Shown piece after piece: positions 30,131-40,607 of a stretch of DNA of 64,000 nucleotides. The position numbers and the translations under genes were made by a program. Location: positions 701,174 through 765,173 of the forward strand of contig JAJDEP010000003.1 in assembly GCA_029259715.1 (NCBI GenBank). The letters are read 5' to 3'. Positions within the stretch are counted from its first letter, which is position 1. The number at the start of each line of letters is the position of its first letter. Below the pieces are notes generated by a model, which was not told the DNA's origin, did no database searches, and saw only the letters and a program-made list of their open reading frames with translations. The stretch comes from Planctomycetota bacterium. GTDB taxonomy: Bacteria; Planctomycetota; B15-G4.

Positions 30131-31146
30131 GCCGGCCGCCCCGCCATGTCCTTCCGTCCGGCGAAGACGAAATAGGCCAGCCAGCCGAGGCTCGTGACCC
30201 CGACGACGGTGTAGCGCACCGGCAGGGCATGCACGAGCTGCCGGAAGAAGCCCTCGAGCAACGCGGCAACAAACAGCATCGCCAAGGCTCCGAACACGAC
30301 CACCGCCGCCTCCCGGCCGCGCAACGTCAGGTTGTCGAGACGCGTGTACTGTCCCGGGAAGACAATGGACTGACCGATGACCAGGCCACAGGCGCCGCAC
30401 AAGACGAGGGCCAGGATCTCGGTGACACCGTGCGGCAGCACCCAACTCCACCATTCCACACCGAGGCCGCGTCCGTGGTACAGCCCTGACATCGCCCCCA
30501 AGAGCAGCCCGTTGTAGACCAACAACAGCAGGACGGGGATGCCGCACGCGAAGCCGAGCGCGACGCACAACATGGAGACCTGGGCGTTGTGCGTGAACAG
30601 GAACGAGGCGAAGGAGGTCAACACGCTGGAGACCGTGGCCTCTTCGTCGAACAGGCCGGCGCGGAGGTCTTCGGTGCTCGCGGCAGGCGTCCGCCCCTGC
30701 GCCATGTCCGCCGATACGAGTGAGTAGTAACGATCGGGGTCGGCGGTGGTCAGCAGGAACCCCACCAGGAGGCCCAACAGCAGCAGCCCCGCCGAAGCGG
30801 CGAGTTGCCAGCGCATGTCGCGCACCGCCTGCGGGAAGCGCGCCCCCGCGAACTCCAACAAGCTGGTGAGCAGGCGCCGCCGCGTGGCGTACACCACGAA
30901 GTAGCTGCGAGCCGTCAACCCCTCGAGGTACTCGGTGACGTTCCGATCGAGGGAGATGGCCCGGGCCACGCTCAACGACGAGAGGGCGGAGCGATGCAGC
31001 GACGGCAGGCGGGCCAGGTCCTTGGCAAACAGGTGGTCGAGGCCCGAGCGTTCGGCTCGCGCGATCAGGCGCTCGAGGTCACGCCAGGAATCCTCCCGCT
31101 CGCGGCGGAATTCGACGCTGCGCATGCCGTGTCTCGCGGCGGTCAC
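30127..31146 (-). CDS. SpoIIM-like / DUF95 family membrane protein
   Basis: Polytopic membrane protein (FTHNAQVSMLCVALGFACGIPVLLLLVYNGLLLGAMSG...) in the position typical of DUF95 within RDD/DUF4129/DUF4350/MoxR/DUF58 clusters. 4-bp overlaps on both sides. Confidence 0.75.
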   Translation of the reverse strand: MTAARHGMRSVEFRREREDSWRDLERLIARAERSGLDHLFAKDLARLPSLHRSALSSLSVARAISLDRNVTEYLEGLTARSYFVVYATRRRLLTSLLEFAGARFPQAVRDMRWQLAASAGLLLLGLLVGFLLTTADPDRYYSLVSADMAQGRTPAASTEDLRAGLFDEEATVSSVLTSFASFLFTHNAQVSMLCVALGFACGIPVLLLLVYNGLLLGAMSGLYHGRGLGVEWWSWVLPHGVTEILALVLCGACGLVIGQSIVFPGQYTRLDNLTLRGREAAVVVFGALAMLFVAALLEGFFRQLVHALPVRYTVVGVTSLGWLAYFVFAGRKDMAGRPA

Positions 31147-32459
31147 ACCAGCTCCCGCCGCTTGATGTCGAGGTAGCGGTTCACCAGGTCCATGTCGAGC
31201 TGCCGCGGACGGGCGCCGAGAACGTGGATACCGTCCCGCCGCATGCGGTCGTGGACCTCCCGCCGGTCACGTCGCAGGTCGCCCGCCACCACGGCCCGTC
31301 CCACGTCCGTGAGCCGACGGGGGACATCCAGCTCGAACTGCTCGAGGGCCGGGTCGGCGAGGTCCACGAAGAGGACCACGTGGCGCCGTGACAGGCGGCT
31401 CATGTTGTCGAGCATCAACCGGGCCGTGATCGAATCGGTGAAGTGGGTGAACACGATAATCAACGAACGGCGTCGCAGGCGCGCCGAGAGATCCAGCATG
31501 CCCAGGGTGAAGTTGGTCTCGTCGGTGCCGTACTCGATCGCCGCCGAGGCCTGGGAGATGCGGGTGAAGGCCGCGAGACCGTTCTGCGGGGCGAGGTACT
31601 TGCCGGGCCGGGCCGCGAAGTCGTAAAGCCCCACCCGGTCGCCCGTTCGCAGGCACAGGTAGCTCAACAGCAGTCCGCTATTGATGGCGTGGTCCAGACG
31701 CGGGGTGCCTTCCAATGCTTCCCCCATCTGGTGCCCCGAGTCGATGGCCACGATGACCTGGTGGTTGCGCTCGGCGCGAAAGTGCCGGCTGAGCAACCGG
31801 GTGTGACGCGCCGAGGCCCGCCAGTCGATGCTGCGCGTATCGAGTCCCGGCACGTACTTGCGCAGCGACTCGAACTCCGACCCGTCACCGAGAAAGCGCT
31901 CGGCCTTGATCCCCGCGCTGTTGCGCGACGCGCCGAAGAAGCGCAGCGCAAAGGCGCGCACCGCGGCGATGTTGGGCTGAATGGCGATCGAGCGATCCAA
32001 GCCCACCACCCAGAGACGCTCGACCAATCCCAAGGGGCCCCGCCAACGCAACCACAGGGTCCGGACCTGGCCCGTGCCCCGACGCACGGGCCGCAACGGG
32101 AAGACGTGGCGCCCCGCCCCGCCGGCCGGCACATCGAGGGCGGCGCCCGCCACCGGCGCGATCAAGTCGTTCATGTCGAAGAGCATGTCGATGCGGGTGG
32201 GGCGCTGGCTGCTCGGCACGGCGATGTCGACCTCAAGGGGCGCCGTACTGCCCATGCCCAAGGTTGTGGGTGACGACACCTCCAACTCGAGCTGGCGCAC
32301 TCGGGCCAGGCGTAACCCGTCGACGACACCGACGACCACCAGGCTGACGATGAACACCCACCAGACCCACCAGGTCTGCCCTCCCCAGGCCGCCGGCACC
32401 AGGGCCGCGACCAGGCCTGCACCCATCCACAAGGCGAAGCGGGGCGTCGGTCGGATCAT
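31143..32459 (-). CDS. DUF58-domain protein (vWA-like, MoxR partner)
   Basis: N-terminal TM helices then DUF58 core ([28 protein letters not shown]...[14 protein letters not shown]). 4-bp overlap with MoxR stop. Confidence 0.85.
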   Translation of the reverse strand: MIRPTPRFALWMGAGLVAALVPAAWGGQTWWVWWVFIVSLVVVGVVDGLRLARVRQLELEVSSPTTLGMGSTAPLEVDIAVPSSQRPTRIDMLFDMNDLIAPVAGAALDVPAGGAGRHVFPLRPVRRGTGQVRTLWLRWRGPLGLVERLWVVGLDRSIAIQPNIAAVRAFALRFFGASRNSAGIKAERFLGDGSEFESLRKYVPGLDTRSIDWRASARHTRLLSRHFRAERNHQVIVAIDSGHQMGEALEGTPRLDHAINSGLLLSYLCLRTGDRVGLYDFAARPGKYLAPQNGLAAFTRISQASAAIEYGTDETNFTLGMLDLSARLRRRSLIIVFTHFTDSITARLMLDNMSRLSRRHVVLFVDLADPALEQFELDVPRRLTDVGRAVVAGDLRRDRREVHDRMRRDGIHVLGARPRQLDMDLVNRYLDIKRRELV

Positions 32460-33412
32460 CGCGGGGCGGGCACCTGATCCAGGATCTGCTGGAGGACGTC
32501 GGGCACGGACGTGCCCTCGAGCTCAGCGCCCGGCGCCAGCACGATGCGGTGGCCGAGCACGGCCGGGACCAGGCTCTTCACGTCGTCGGGCAGCACGTAG
32601 TCGCGACCGTCGAGTGCGGCCCGCGCGCGGGCGGCGCGACACAGCATGTTGGTCGAGCGCGGCGAACCGCCCGCCAGGAAGGCCGTGTGATCGCGGGTGG
32701 CGCGCACGATGTCGACGGCGTAGTGGAGCACCTCCTCCGACAGCTGCAGCCCGGCGATGACCCGGCGCGCCGCGCGGATCTGCGTCATGTCGGCGCACCG
32801 CTCCAGACCGAGATCTTCCAGGCTGGGCATGCTCGACGTGTGACCGTGCAGCCGGGCCATGCGGCGTTCCTCGTCGCGGTCGGGATAACCCACCGGGATC
32901 TTCACCAGGAAGCGGTCGAGCTGGGCCTCCGGCAGCGGGTAAGTGCCCTCGTTCTCGAGCGGATTCTGTGTCGCGATGACGAAGAATCCGTCGCCCAGAT
33001 CGTGGGACTCGCCGTCGATGGTGACGGAGCGCTCCTGCATCGCCTCGAGCAACGCCGCCTGGGTCTTGGGCGGCGTGCGATTGATCTCGTCGGCGAACAG
33101 CACCTGCGTGAAGATCGGTCCCTTGTTCAGCACGAATGTGTTGGTCTGGAAGTGGAACAGGTTCGTTCCGATCACGTCCCCGGGCATCAGGTCCGGCGTG
33201 AATTGGATGCGCTTGAAGTCGAGGGACAGCACCGCCGCGAAGGTGCGCCCCAACAGCGTCTTCGCCGTGCCGGGCATGCCTTCGAGCAGGACGTGGCCCT
33301 CGGACAACAGGGCCACGGTCATGAGGTCCACGGCCTCCACGTGGCCGATGACCACACGGTGGACCTGCTCACGCAGGCGTTCAGCCAGGGTGCGAACGTC
33401 GTCAAGATCCAT
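32456..33412 (-). CDS. moxR: MoxR-family AAA+ ATPase
   Basis: Walker [12 protein letters not shown]. Full-length similarity to the MoxR/AAA_3 consensus ([28 protein letters not shown]...[13 protein letters not shown]). Confidence 0.95.
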   Translation of the reverse strand: MDLDDVRTLAERLREQVHRVVIGHVEAVDLMTVALLSEGHVLLEGMPGTAKTLLGRTFAAVLSLDFKRIQFTPDLMPGDVIGTNLFHFQTNTFVLNKGPIFTQVLFADEINRTPPKTQAALLEAMQERSVTIDGESHDLGDGFFVIATQNPLENEGTYPLPEAQLDRFLVKIPVGYPDRDEERRMARLHGHTSSMPSLEDLGLERCADMTQIRAARRVIAGLQLSEEVLHYAVDIVRATRDHTAFLAGGSPRSTNMLCRAARARAALDGRDYVLPDDVKSLVPAVLGHRIVLAPGAELEGTSVPDVLQQILDQVPAPR

Positions 33413-34700
33413 GCAGCATGTCCTCGTGCCATTGGTGGATGCGGGATGCGAGTGCGAGCGCCCGGCGACTGCGTCGCGGCCCCGAACCGGAGGGAAGCGA
33501 ATCGGCCTCGCCCTCCCGGTGGCCGGCGACCTCGATCAAGGACGTCTCGCGCAATTCCTGGGTCAATGTCAGGGGGTCGTCGGCCAATCCCCGTCGTCGG
33601 GCCATGGCGGCCAAGCGACGGTGGCGCTCGGCTTCGTCGAGACCGGCCGGCAGATGGAACGCGGCACCGACCCGGTTCACGGTCAGCTCGAAGTAGCGCT
33701 TCAGCAGGAAACCGTGCTGCCCGGCGCCGACGAGAAGCTGCGCCGTGTTCTCGATGAGGGCCCGCTTGCCGCTGGGCCGCCGGGACGGTGCCGGGGTGGG
33801 TGGACCGAAGCGCGCGAGCCCCGCCCAGAGCACGATCAGGCAGGTCAACACGACGTGGATCAGCCCGATGACGAGCGGGAAGCGCAGCAGCTCGGCAGCC
33901 AGATGGGAGGTGAGGCCGTGACCGTGCTGGGTCTCGTCGATGATCAACGGCGAATCGTCCTTCAGGAGCGTCAGCGCGTCCACGGCGACAAGCGCGTTCT
34001 CGCCCCGGGCCAGGCCGTGCGTCGAGATCAGGTCGGGATCACTGACCACCACAAGCTCCAACGGGTTCCCGTATCGCTCGAGCCTCTTCAGGCCGACGAG
34101 GACCCCCGCACTCGAGGACACGACCGGCTGCAGATCCGCCTTCGTGAGCAGCTGTGGGTGTGACAGTTCGGGCTGGGCATCGTCGGGTCCGCCGGTCCAG
34201 GCGGTCGGTGGCCGCGCGGGCCGCAACACCCGGGCCTCGATGCCTACACTGGTCAGCAGGTCATTGATCCTCTCCATGGGCAGCCAGCGCACGAGGGAGA
34301 CCCACGCCGGGTTCTCCGGGTCCTCCTCAGCCCACCACTTGGGCAGCACCAGCACCAGGCGAGTCGCCGTCTTCGTCAGGTCCTCGAGGCTCTGCGTGAG
34401 GCCCTCGGAATCCCAGGGCTGCGGCTCGAGGAGCACCAGTACCGCGCCCGGGTCGGTGACATGCATGGCCTGACGCCGGCTCTGGTGAACGGTGTGGCCC
34501 AGCTCCTCGAGCAGTGCGACCAGAGCCGCATGTCCGACGGCCGAGGTGCTGTACGAGTCGGGCTGGGATGACTCCGGCCGGCCCGCTGACGGCTGCATAT
34601 TCCCGGTGAGCATTGCGAACGTGACCGAAACGAGCGCGAGGCCGACCAGCGCGACGACCACCGACTTGCGGAAGACGGGCTCGCTCACGAGACCTCCCAA
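33402..34700 (-). CDS. DUF4350-like protein (MoxR-cluster member)
   Basis: N-terminal TM helix then a large extracytoplasmic domain. Conserved position between DUF4129 and MoxR. Overlaps both neighbours. Confidence 0.68.
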   Translation of the reverse strand: MGGLVSEPVFRKSVVVALVGLALVSVTFAMLTGNMQPSAGRPESSQPDSYSTSAVGHAALVALLEELGHTVHQSRRQAMHVTDPGAVLVLLEPQPWDSEGLTQSLEDLTKTATRLVLVLPKWWAEEDPENPAWVSLVRWLPMERINDLLTSVGIEARVLRPARPPTAWTGGPDDAQPELSHPQLLTKADLQPVVSSSAGVLVGLKRLERYGNPLELVVVSDPDLISTHGLARGENALVAVDALTLLKDDSPLIIDETQHGHGLTSHLAAELLRFPLVIGLIHVVLTCLIVLWAGLARFGPPTPAPSRRPSGKRALIENTAQLLVGAGQHGFLLKRYFELTVNRVGAAFHLPAGLDEAERHRRLAAMARRRGLADDPLTLTQELRETSLIEVAGHREGEADSLPSGSGPRRSRRALALASRIHQWHEDMLHGS

Positions 34701-35410
34701 TGCTCTCGCAACACGCGGTACTGGGAGACCGCGTGGTTCCAGTCGACGGCCGTGGGATGGGCGGTCCCGAACGTGCTGGTCTCCACGACCCGCACCAGCG
34801 CGTCGTAGGACGCCCGGCGTGGACCGTCGAAGTTCAGCCGCGCGGCGATCTCACGACTGGTGAGTGACGGGGCGAGGCGCATGCGTTGCGATCGGCCGAG
34901 TGCGCGCGTCGTGTCGCGGAGCAGCGCCCGCATGGCTTCGGCGAAGTGCCCTTGCTGAGCCAACTCACGGGCGTTCGCCGACGGCTGGGGGTCGAGCGGC
35001 GAGGACGAAGGCCGGGGCGCGTCCACCTCCGGGTCGATGACCGCGTCCCCGTCCGGGTGGCGCTGGAACTGCCGGCTGCTCCACACGATGCCGACGATCA
35101 CCGCGGCCAAAAGCCCGCCCCAGAGCAGGACAGTGGAGAGGGCCGCGCCGGCGGGGTCGTCGCCACGGTCGCTGCGATAAGACGGCCTGCGTCGACTCCA
35201 GTAGTCGAGCTCATCCGGCCCGGCGCCGGGCTGTCCTTCGATCTCGCACAATTCGGCCTGGAAGCCCTCCCGCGCCACGATCTCACGGGCCAAGCGCACG
35301 GCCTCGCGGTCTTCACCGGGCGAAGCGGCCCACACTGTCGCGGGAATTGCCCCCAGCAACAGCCCGCAAGCCACCACCACGGTCGCCGTGATGCGTGTCG
35401 GTGCCCTCAT
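34685..35410 (-). CDS. DUF4129-like protein (MoxR-cluster member)
   Basis: Start at internal MRAPTRITATVVVACGLLLGAIPATVWA (residue 62 of ORF 34685..35593). Central TM segment (ALSTVLLWGGLLAAVIVGIVW). Typical first gene of this cluster. Confidence 0.62.
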   Translation of the reverse strand: MRAPTRITATVVVACGLLLGAIPATVWAASPGEDREAVRLAREIVAREGFQAELCEIEGQPGAGPDELDYWSRRRPSYRSDRGDDPAGAALSTVLLWGGLLAAVIVGIVWSSRQFQRHPDGDAVIDPEVDAPRPSSSPLDPQPSANARELAQQGHFAEAMRALLRDTTRALGRSQRMRLAPSLTSREIAARLNFDGPRRASYDALVRVVETSTFGTAHPTAVDWNHAVSQYRVLREHWEVS

Positions 35411-35483
35411 CCGCGGCCAGTGTACGGGGTCGCGCCGTCCGTGCGCGCGCCGAACTGCCCCCTTCGCCCGCGGGCCGTCGACC

Positions 35484-36503
35484 TCAGAAGGTGAGCGCCA
35501 ACCCAGTGGAGAGCTGGAATCCCAGCGGGGAGATGCCCCCGTCCAGGACGGCGGTCTGCAGCGACAACTCGAAGCCGATGAGCGCCGGGTCATCCGGGAC
35601 AGCGAACGGGAGCGTGATGTTCCCGCCCGAGTCTGTCGCCGTGACGACCTGGGTCAGGATGTCGTCCACCGAGAACAGGCAGCCGCCGCTGCCGGGGATC
35701 GGTGTGCCCACGTGTCCGACGCCGATGAACAGGACCGCCGGCGACAGCGGCGGCGTGTTACTCACTCGCAGGACGAAGTCGAGGTTGCCCAGGGCCGGAG
35801 TGCCGGCGGACAGGAGCGGCACGGCCCCCCCGGGAGTGCACGCCGAGAGAATCAGCTCCTGCTCCGCCGTGGGCGTCACGTTGCGCGCGCCCAGCGTGGG
35901 CGAGGCATCGCGGAACCAGCCGCCGGGCTGCAGGTCCGTCCCGGTGCCCCGTGCCAGGGAGATATCGAGGCCCGGAACCGGGAGGAACTCCGAAGGGTCG
36001 GGCCACCGCTGTGCCTGGGTCGCCACGTCGGCGCCGTTCTGCTGTCCCGCCCCCCACTGCACGAAGTCGATGACGTTGGCCGGGTCGAGGCACAGTCCCG
36101 CCGGAAACGGGCCGGCCTCCCAGCGCGTCAGCAGGAGTGAGCCCGCGTCGACGCTCAGGTTCGGCACACCCAGGGGCAGCCACAGGTCCACCTCGGTATC
36201 GAGGCCGCTGTCGTTGACGTGAACGCGCACCGAAGCGCCCGGCGCCAGCAGCACGTCCGCGAGCTTCACCGACACGAATTGCTGCATGCACAGTTGTGTC
36301 TCACCGAGATCGGCGGGCACGGCGCCCACGTTGGTGATCTCGATCACCTGCGCCGGCGACGGCTGGAATGCAGGCCGCAGCAGGACCTCAGAGAGTTCGA
36401 AGGTCGGCAAGGTCGACTGACCCGCCAGTGGCGGCGCCCCCCATCCGAGAGACACCAGCAGGACCAGGACGACTGGGGACGTCAGGACAGCACGCATGGG
36501 CAC
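35484..36503 (-). CDS. secreted protein with N-terminal lamin-tail-domain-like (LTD) module
   Basis: Signal peptide (MPMRAVLTSPVVLVLLVSLGWGAPPLAG). LTD-like motif TFELSEVLLRPAFQPSPAQVIEITNVG. Confidence 0.58.
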   Translation of the reverse strand: MPMRAVLTSPVVLVLLVSLGWGAPPLAGQSTLPTFELSEVLLRPAFQPSPAQVIEITNVGAVPADLGETQLCMQQFVSVKLADVLLAPGASVRVHVNDSGLDTEVDLWLPLGVPNLSVDAGSLLLTRWEAGPFPAGLCLDPANVIDFVQWGAGQQNGADVATQAQRWPDPSEFLPVPGLDISLARGTGTDLQPGGWFRDASPTLGARNVTPTAEQELILSACTPGGAVPLLSAGTPALGNLDFVLRVSNTPPLSPAVLFIGVGHVGTPIPGSGGCLFSVDDILTQVVTATDSGGNITLPFAVPDDPALIGFELSLQTAVLDGGISPLGFQLSTGLALTF

Positions 36504-36790
36504 ACCTCAGCAAGGGAGGGGCACACGCGTTCCCCCATGGTGACGAGCGCGAGCGACCCCGATTCCGACGCAAGGAGACGTCACCACCCCGGCGTTTTCG
36601 TGCACGGATTTGGTGTCCGCTATTGACTCGCGGCGGCCCTCAGGGCGTCACCCTTGCCTTGATCAGGGCCAGCCTGTCGTCATCACGGTCTGCCCACACC
36701 AGGACTCTCATTCGATGGGCTCCGTGCGCACCCGCCCGAAGGCGTTCACACCGCAACCGGTGGAAACGATGAGGGCTGGCCGGTCACCGG

Positions 36791-37138
36791 TCATGGTCCA
36801 TCAAAGATCGGAGTCACTCTGACTTCTGCCAATTGACCGTCGCTTCCCATGACCAGCTCCACGTAGTACTCCGCCGTTCGCCCCTCCTGCACTTCGGTCA
36901 CCGTCGCCTTGTAGCTCTTCGAGAATCGATCGAGAGACAGGGGGGGCCGATGGGAACTGGCGAATGCTGCCAACTCGCTCTCCTTCGTCCCGATAGGAAT
37001 CTCGCGAAGGATCCTCGCCCTCAGCTGCTCAGCCAACTCTGAAGGTGACGCCTGACACGCACACAAACACACGAGAATGGCGGCGGTGATGGCATGCGAG
37101 GCGTACCGACGTGACGTCGTGATCCGAGTCACCTGCAT
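36791..37138 (-). CDS. hypothetical lipoprotein (115 aa)
   Basis: Internal ATG giving MQVTRITTSRRYASHAITAAILVCLCACQA (lipobox L-C-A-C). Moderate coding bias. Confidence 0.4.
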   Translation of the reverse strand: MQVTRITTSRRYASHAITAAILVCLCACQASPSELAEQLRARILREIPIGTKESELAAFASSHRPPLSLDRFSKSYKATVTEVQEGRTAEYYVELVMGSDGQLAEVRVTPIFDGP

Positions 37139-37387
37139 CTCCTCGATGGGGTCAGGAATCGCGCACAACGCTCGCCTCCCGTCCCCACGGGTCCTTGCTC
37201 GGCGACCCAGCTCACCGGAATCTGCACGAATCCGGCTCCCGTCAACCTCTTTCGCGACGCTGCATCGCTGTGGTGCGGAGGACGTTCACTACGATCGCAG
37301 GGTGCGACTGAGTTTGCGGTCGGGACAGGTCTCGACGCTGCGGTGGCCGAGGAGTTTCTGGAGCGTGCGGATGTCGGCTCGTGAGAC

Positions 37388-37621
37388 TCAGGCCCTGGGC
37401 TTGGGCGGCGGCAGGGCGCGCGCCTTCTCGTCGGACTGGAAGGCTTCCATGTTGTGGGTGCCGTCGCAGAACGGCTTGTTGTTGGACTTCCCGCAACGGC
37501 AAAGAGAAATCGTGGTACGCCCGGCAAGATCGAACTTGGCACCCGTGCCGTCGGTGATGTCGAACGCGCCGGTCACGCGCAGGGGGCCATTGACCATGAC
37601 CTGAATCGTCGTGTCGTCCAT
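37388..37621 (-). CDS. CDGSH iron-sulfur domain protein
   Basis: Canonical CDGSH 2Fe-2S motif CRCGKSNNKPFCDGTH. Confidence 0.8.
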   Translation of the reverse strand: MDDTTIQVMVNGPLRVTGAFDITDGTGAKFDLAGRTTISLCRCGKSNNKPFCDGTHNMEAFQSDEKARALPPPKPRA

Positions 37622-37636
37622 CGGCGTTCTCCTTGT

Positions 37637-37673
37637 TGTCGGGCAGCGTGTGACAATGTCGGGCAGCGTATGA
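37637..37673. promoter_or_regulatory. 17-bp direct repeat (GTCGGGCAGCGTRTGAC x2, 20-bp periodicity) in the divergent CDGSH / HugZ promoter region
   Basis: Read directly: gtcgggcagcgtgtgac aat gtcgggcagcgtatgac. Lies between the CDGSH start (37621) and the HugZ-like start (37811). Confidence 0.5.
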
Positions 37674-37810
37674 CGTTCCGGGCATCCGATCCAACGGCGC
37701 GCCGGGTGGGCGCTGGCTCCCGAATGGCAGGGTCGGGTGCTCCCTCTTCACGGTCCGGCCCGCAGAGTCCACACTCCGTGCTTCCAGGCGGCCATCCAGG
37801 AGACGACCCC

Positions 37811-38641
37811 ATGCCCGACGCGCTCCAGAAGGCCCGGGAGGCCTACGCCACCTTTCTCGACGACTTCCGGAGCGTGGTTCTCGCGACGGTGGATGCCGAC
37901 GGCAAGCCGGGCTCGAGCTATGCGCCTTGCCTTGTGGATGACGACGGCACGATCTGGTGTTTGGTGAGCGGTCTTTCGATCCACACACGCAACGTGGAGG
38001 CGACGGGTCGGGCCAGCGCGCTCTTCATCGAGGACGAGAGCCGGGCCCAGCAGATCTTTGCCCGCCGTCGTCTGAGCTTCGACTGCGACGCCGCCGTCCT
38101 GTCACGCGAGCATGAGGCCTTCGCCGATGTGGCCGCCCGCTTCGCGGAAGCCTTCGGCAGCATCGCGGAGCAGATCGCGAGCATGCCCGACTTCCGACCC
38201 TTGCGGCTGCAGCCCGTGTCCGGCCAGTTCGTGATCGGCTTCGGCGCGGCCTACCACGTGGAGCGCGGACAGCTGTCGCACGTGACGGGTGGCGGCCAGG
38301 GACACGGTCGCGCCCACGGCGGAGCGGGTGCTCGGCCCCCTGCCCACGGCGCGGGAGGCGGCGCGGAGCAAGCCCTCACGCCGGAGGCGGTGGCGGCCAT
38401 CCTGGGGCACATGAACGACGACCACGCCAGCGCGGTCTTGCACTACGCGACGGTGCATGCCGGCCTGCACGAGGTGCAGTCCGCACAGCTGGTCGATCTG
38501 GACGGCGAGGGAATGGAGATCCTTGCCAGCACCCCCGCGGGTGCAATCCGAGCGCGCGTCCCCTTCCCCCACACCATCGCGACCCGCGGCGCGGCCCGCG
38601 AGATGCTCATGGCCATGGCCCGGCCGGCAACCGAAGAGTGA
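37811..38641 (+). CDS. HugZ/HutZ-like heme-binding protein (PNPOx-like split barrel + DUF2470-like C-terminus)
   Basis: Internal ATG of ORF 37454..38641 (MPDALQKAREAYATFLDDFRSVVLATVDADGKPGSSYAP). FMN-binding-like fold signature. Gly/His-rich linker, then C-terminal LTPEAVAAILGHMNDDHASAVLHYA as in DUF2470. Confidence 0.72.
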   Translation: MPDALQKAREAYATFLDDFRSVVLATVDADGKPGSSYAPCLVDDDGTIWCLVSGLSIHTRNVEATGRASALFIEDESRAQQIFARRRLSFDCDAAVLSREHEAFADVAARFAEAFGSIAEQIASMPDFRPLRLQPVSGQFVIGFGAAYHVERGQLSHVTGGGQGHGRAHGGAGARPPAHGAGGGAEQALTPEAVAAILGHMNDDHASAVLHYATVHAGLHEVQSAQLVDLDGEGMEILASTPAGAIRARVPFPHTIATRGAAREMLMAMARPATEE

Positions 38642-38753
38642 TCGGAGCGTAAACACCTCCGCGCCGCATCAACAACGATCGCCCACATGTGCGCGATCCT
38701 CGCGCACAGCGTCTGCTCTCCGCACTTGCCCGCGGCTTGCTCATGAGGCGTGT

Positions 38754-38828
38754 TGGTTCCCCGGCGAGGACTCGAACCTCGAATGCCAGAACCAAAATCT
38801 GGAGTGTTGCCGATTACACCACCGGGGA
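38754..38828 (-). tRNA. tRNA-Gln (anticodon UUG)
   Basis: Manual fold of the reverse complement: acceptor TCCCCGG/CCGGGGA with the U1:A72 pair typical of tRNA-Gln, D arm GTGT-AATCGGCA-ACAC, anticodon stem CCAGA/TCTGG with loop TTTTGGT (anticodon TTG), T arm CGAGG-TTCGAGT-CCTCG, discriminator A, encoded CCA. Confidence 0.85.
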
Positions 38829-38976
38829 TCCGGGCGCCGGCCGTGGGCCGTGCGCGCGGTGCGATGATACGCAACACCACGGCGGACTGCCCCTCCATCG
38901 GCCACCGGGTGCCGTGTCGATCAGCGCCGCCGGGCCCGGCTTGAAGGCCTCTCTCGGCGTTTCATAGGCTCGGTCG

Positions 38977-40449
38977 ATGATCGATCGGGGGCACGTCGGA
39001 TGGCACCACTCCCTCCCGCCGCTCCTCATCGGCCTGGCCCTCTGCGCCGCCCTTGCGTGCGGCACCCAAGCGCCGGCTGACGCGCCCGACCCGTCGACCA
39101 CCAACGCGCCCTCTGCCACGGGCGCCCTTGCCCCCGCCAACGCCCCCCGTCCCAACGTCATCGTCATCCTGGCCGACGATCTCGGCTATGGCGACGTCGG
39201 CTTCTACGGCGGCACCCGCTACCGCACCCCGGCCATCGACCGCCTCGCCGCCGAGGGCCTGCGCCTCACCGACTTCCACGTCGCCGCGCCCGTGTGCGGA
39301 CCGAGCCGTCAGGCGCTGTTGAGCGGGCGCTATCCGCACCGCGTCGGCGGCACCGCGAACAACGACGGCATCGACATCGACCCCGAGCGCATGCGCGCCG
39401 AGCTGGCCCGCTTCTTCCCGGTGTTCCTAGCCGAGGCCGGCTACGCCACCGGCGCCATGGGCAAGTGGCACGTGCCCACCGGGCCCAAGCTGTGGGTGCG
39501 CGCGCCGGACAGCCCGTCGCGGCCGACGCGCTGCGGCTTCGGGACGTTCCGCGGCTTCCTCAGCGCCATCTGCGACTACGTGACCCACGCCAACCAGCTC
39601 GGGCAACACGACTGGTGGCACGACGACGAACTCAATCGCGAAGAGGGTTACCTGACCCACCTGATCACCGGGCACGCGGTGGAGTTCATCGAGACCCACG
39701 CCGACGAGCCCTTCTTCCTCTACGTCTCGCACCTCGCGCCGCACGTGCCGCACCAGCTGCCGGGCGACGCGCCCTACTTCGTCGAGAGCGACGACGTGGC
39801 CGGCGCGAGGGTCCGCGGCGACGCCACCGACGAGCCCACCTCCCCCGAGCGCTACGGCGCCATGCTCGGCGAGCTCGACGCGTCGGTGGCGACGATCATG
39901 GAGACCGTGGCGCGCCTCGGCCTCGACGAACGCACGCTGGTCGTGTTCCTCTCCGACAACGGCGGCAGCGCGCCCGGCGACTCCGGCCCCTTCGCCGGCG
40001 GCAAGGGCGACCTGCACGAGGGCGGCCACCGGGTGCCCGCCGCGTTGCGCTGGCCGGGTCGCATCGCCGCCGGCACCCGCGACGACAGCCTCTGCTCGGC
40101 CCTCGACCTGGCTCCCACCATCCTCGAGCTCGCCGGCGCGGCGCCGCCGGGCGATCACGAACTCGACGGCCTCAGCCTGGCGCCGTTGCTGCAGGGCGAC
40201 GGCATGCCGACCGGGCGCCGCCTGTTCTGGGAGTGGGGCAACCGCTTCGGCGACGACGTCTACGTGGCAGCACGCGAAGGCTCCTGGAAGATCGTCGGCA
40301 CCCGGGCGGACCTCGCGCTCTACGACCTCGACGCCGACCCCGGCGAGTCCGACGACCTCTCCGAGCGGCACCCCGAGCGGGTCGCGCAGCTGCTGGCCGC
40401 CCACGACGAATGGAATCGGCTCCACACGCCCCCCGCCGAGTCCCGCTGA
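38977..40449 (+). CDS. arylsulfatase-family (Cys-type) sulfatase, secreted
   Basis: PNVIVILADDLGYGDVGFYGG and C-G-P-S-R (VCGPSRQALLSGRYPHRVG). Signal peptide/lipobox LALCAALACGT. Confidence 0.9.
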   Translation: MIDRGHVGWHHSLPPLLIGLALCAALACGTQAPADAPDPSTTNAPSATGALAPANAPRPNVIVILADDLGYGDVGFYGGTRYRTPAIDRLAAEGLRLTDFHVAAPVCGPSRQALLSGRYPHRVGGTANNDGIDIDPERMRAELARFFPVFLAEAGYATGAMGKWHVPTGPKLWVRAPDSPSRPTRCGFGTFRGFLSAICDYVTHANQLGQHDWWHDDELNREEGYLTHLITGHAVEFIETHADEPFFLYVSHLAPHVPHQLPGDAPYFVESDDVAGARVRGDATDEPTSPERYGAMLGELDASVATIMETVARLGLDERTLVVFLSDNGGSAPGDSGPFAGGKGDLHEGGHRVPAALRWPGRIAAGTRDDSLCSALDLAPTILELAGAAPPGDHELDGLSLAPLLQGDGMPTGRRLFWEWGNRFGDDVYVAAREGSWKIVGTRADLALYDLDADPGESDDLSERHPERVAQLLAAHDEWNRLHTPPAESR

Positions 40450-40607
40450 GCCGCCCCCGACGCGAGGGGCCGCCGCGGGGCGATCTTCGGACGAATGAGG
40501 TAAGATTCCCGCCCCTCATCGGGCGAGGGAATCGGGCCGGCGCGCGCCCCCGCACGCCGCCCGCCGCCACGAGCCGTCCAACCAACGCCCGACGCCGGAG
40601 CGCCGCC

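Noticed and set aside
38642-38976. Genomic island, integrase or att duplication adjacent to tRNA-Gln
   Set aside because: No integrase or recombinase ORF and no obvious repeat of the tRNA 3' end. Flanking genes (HugZ-like, sulfatase) look native.
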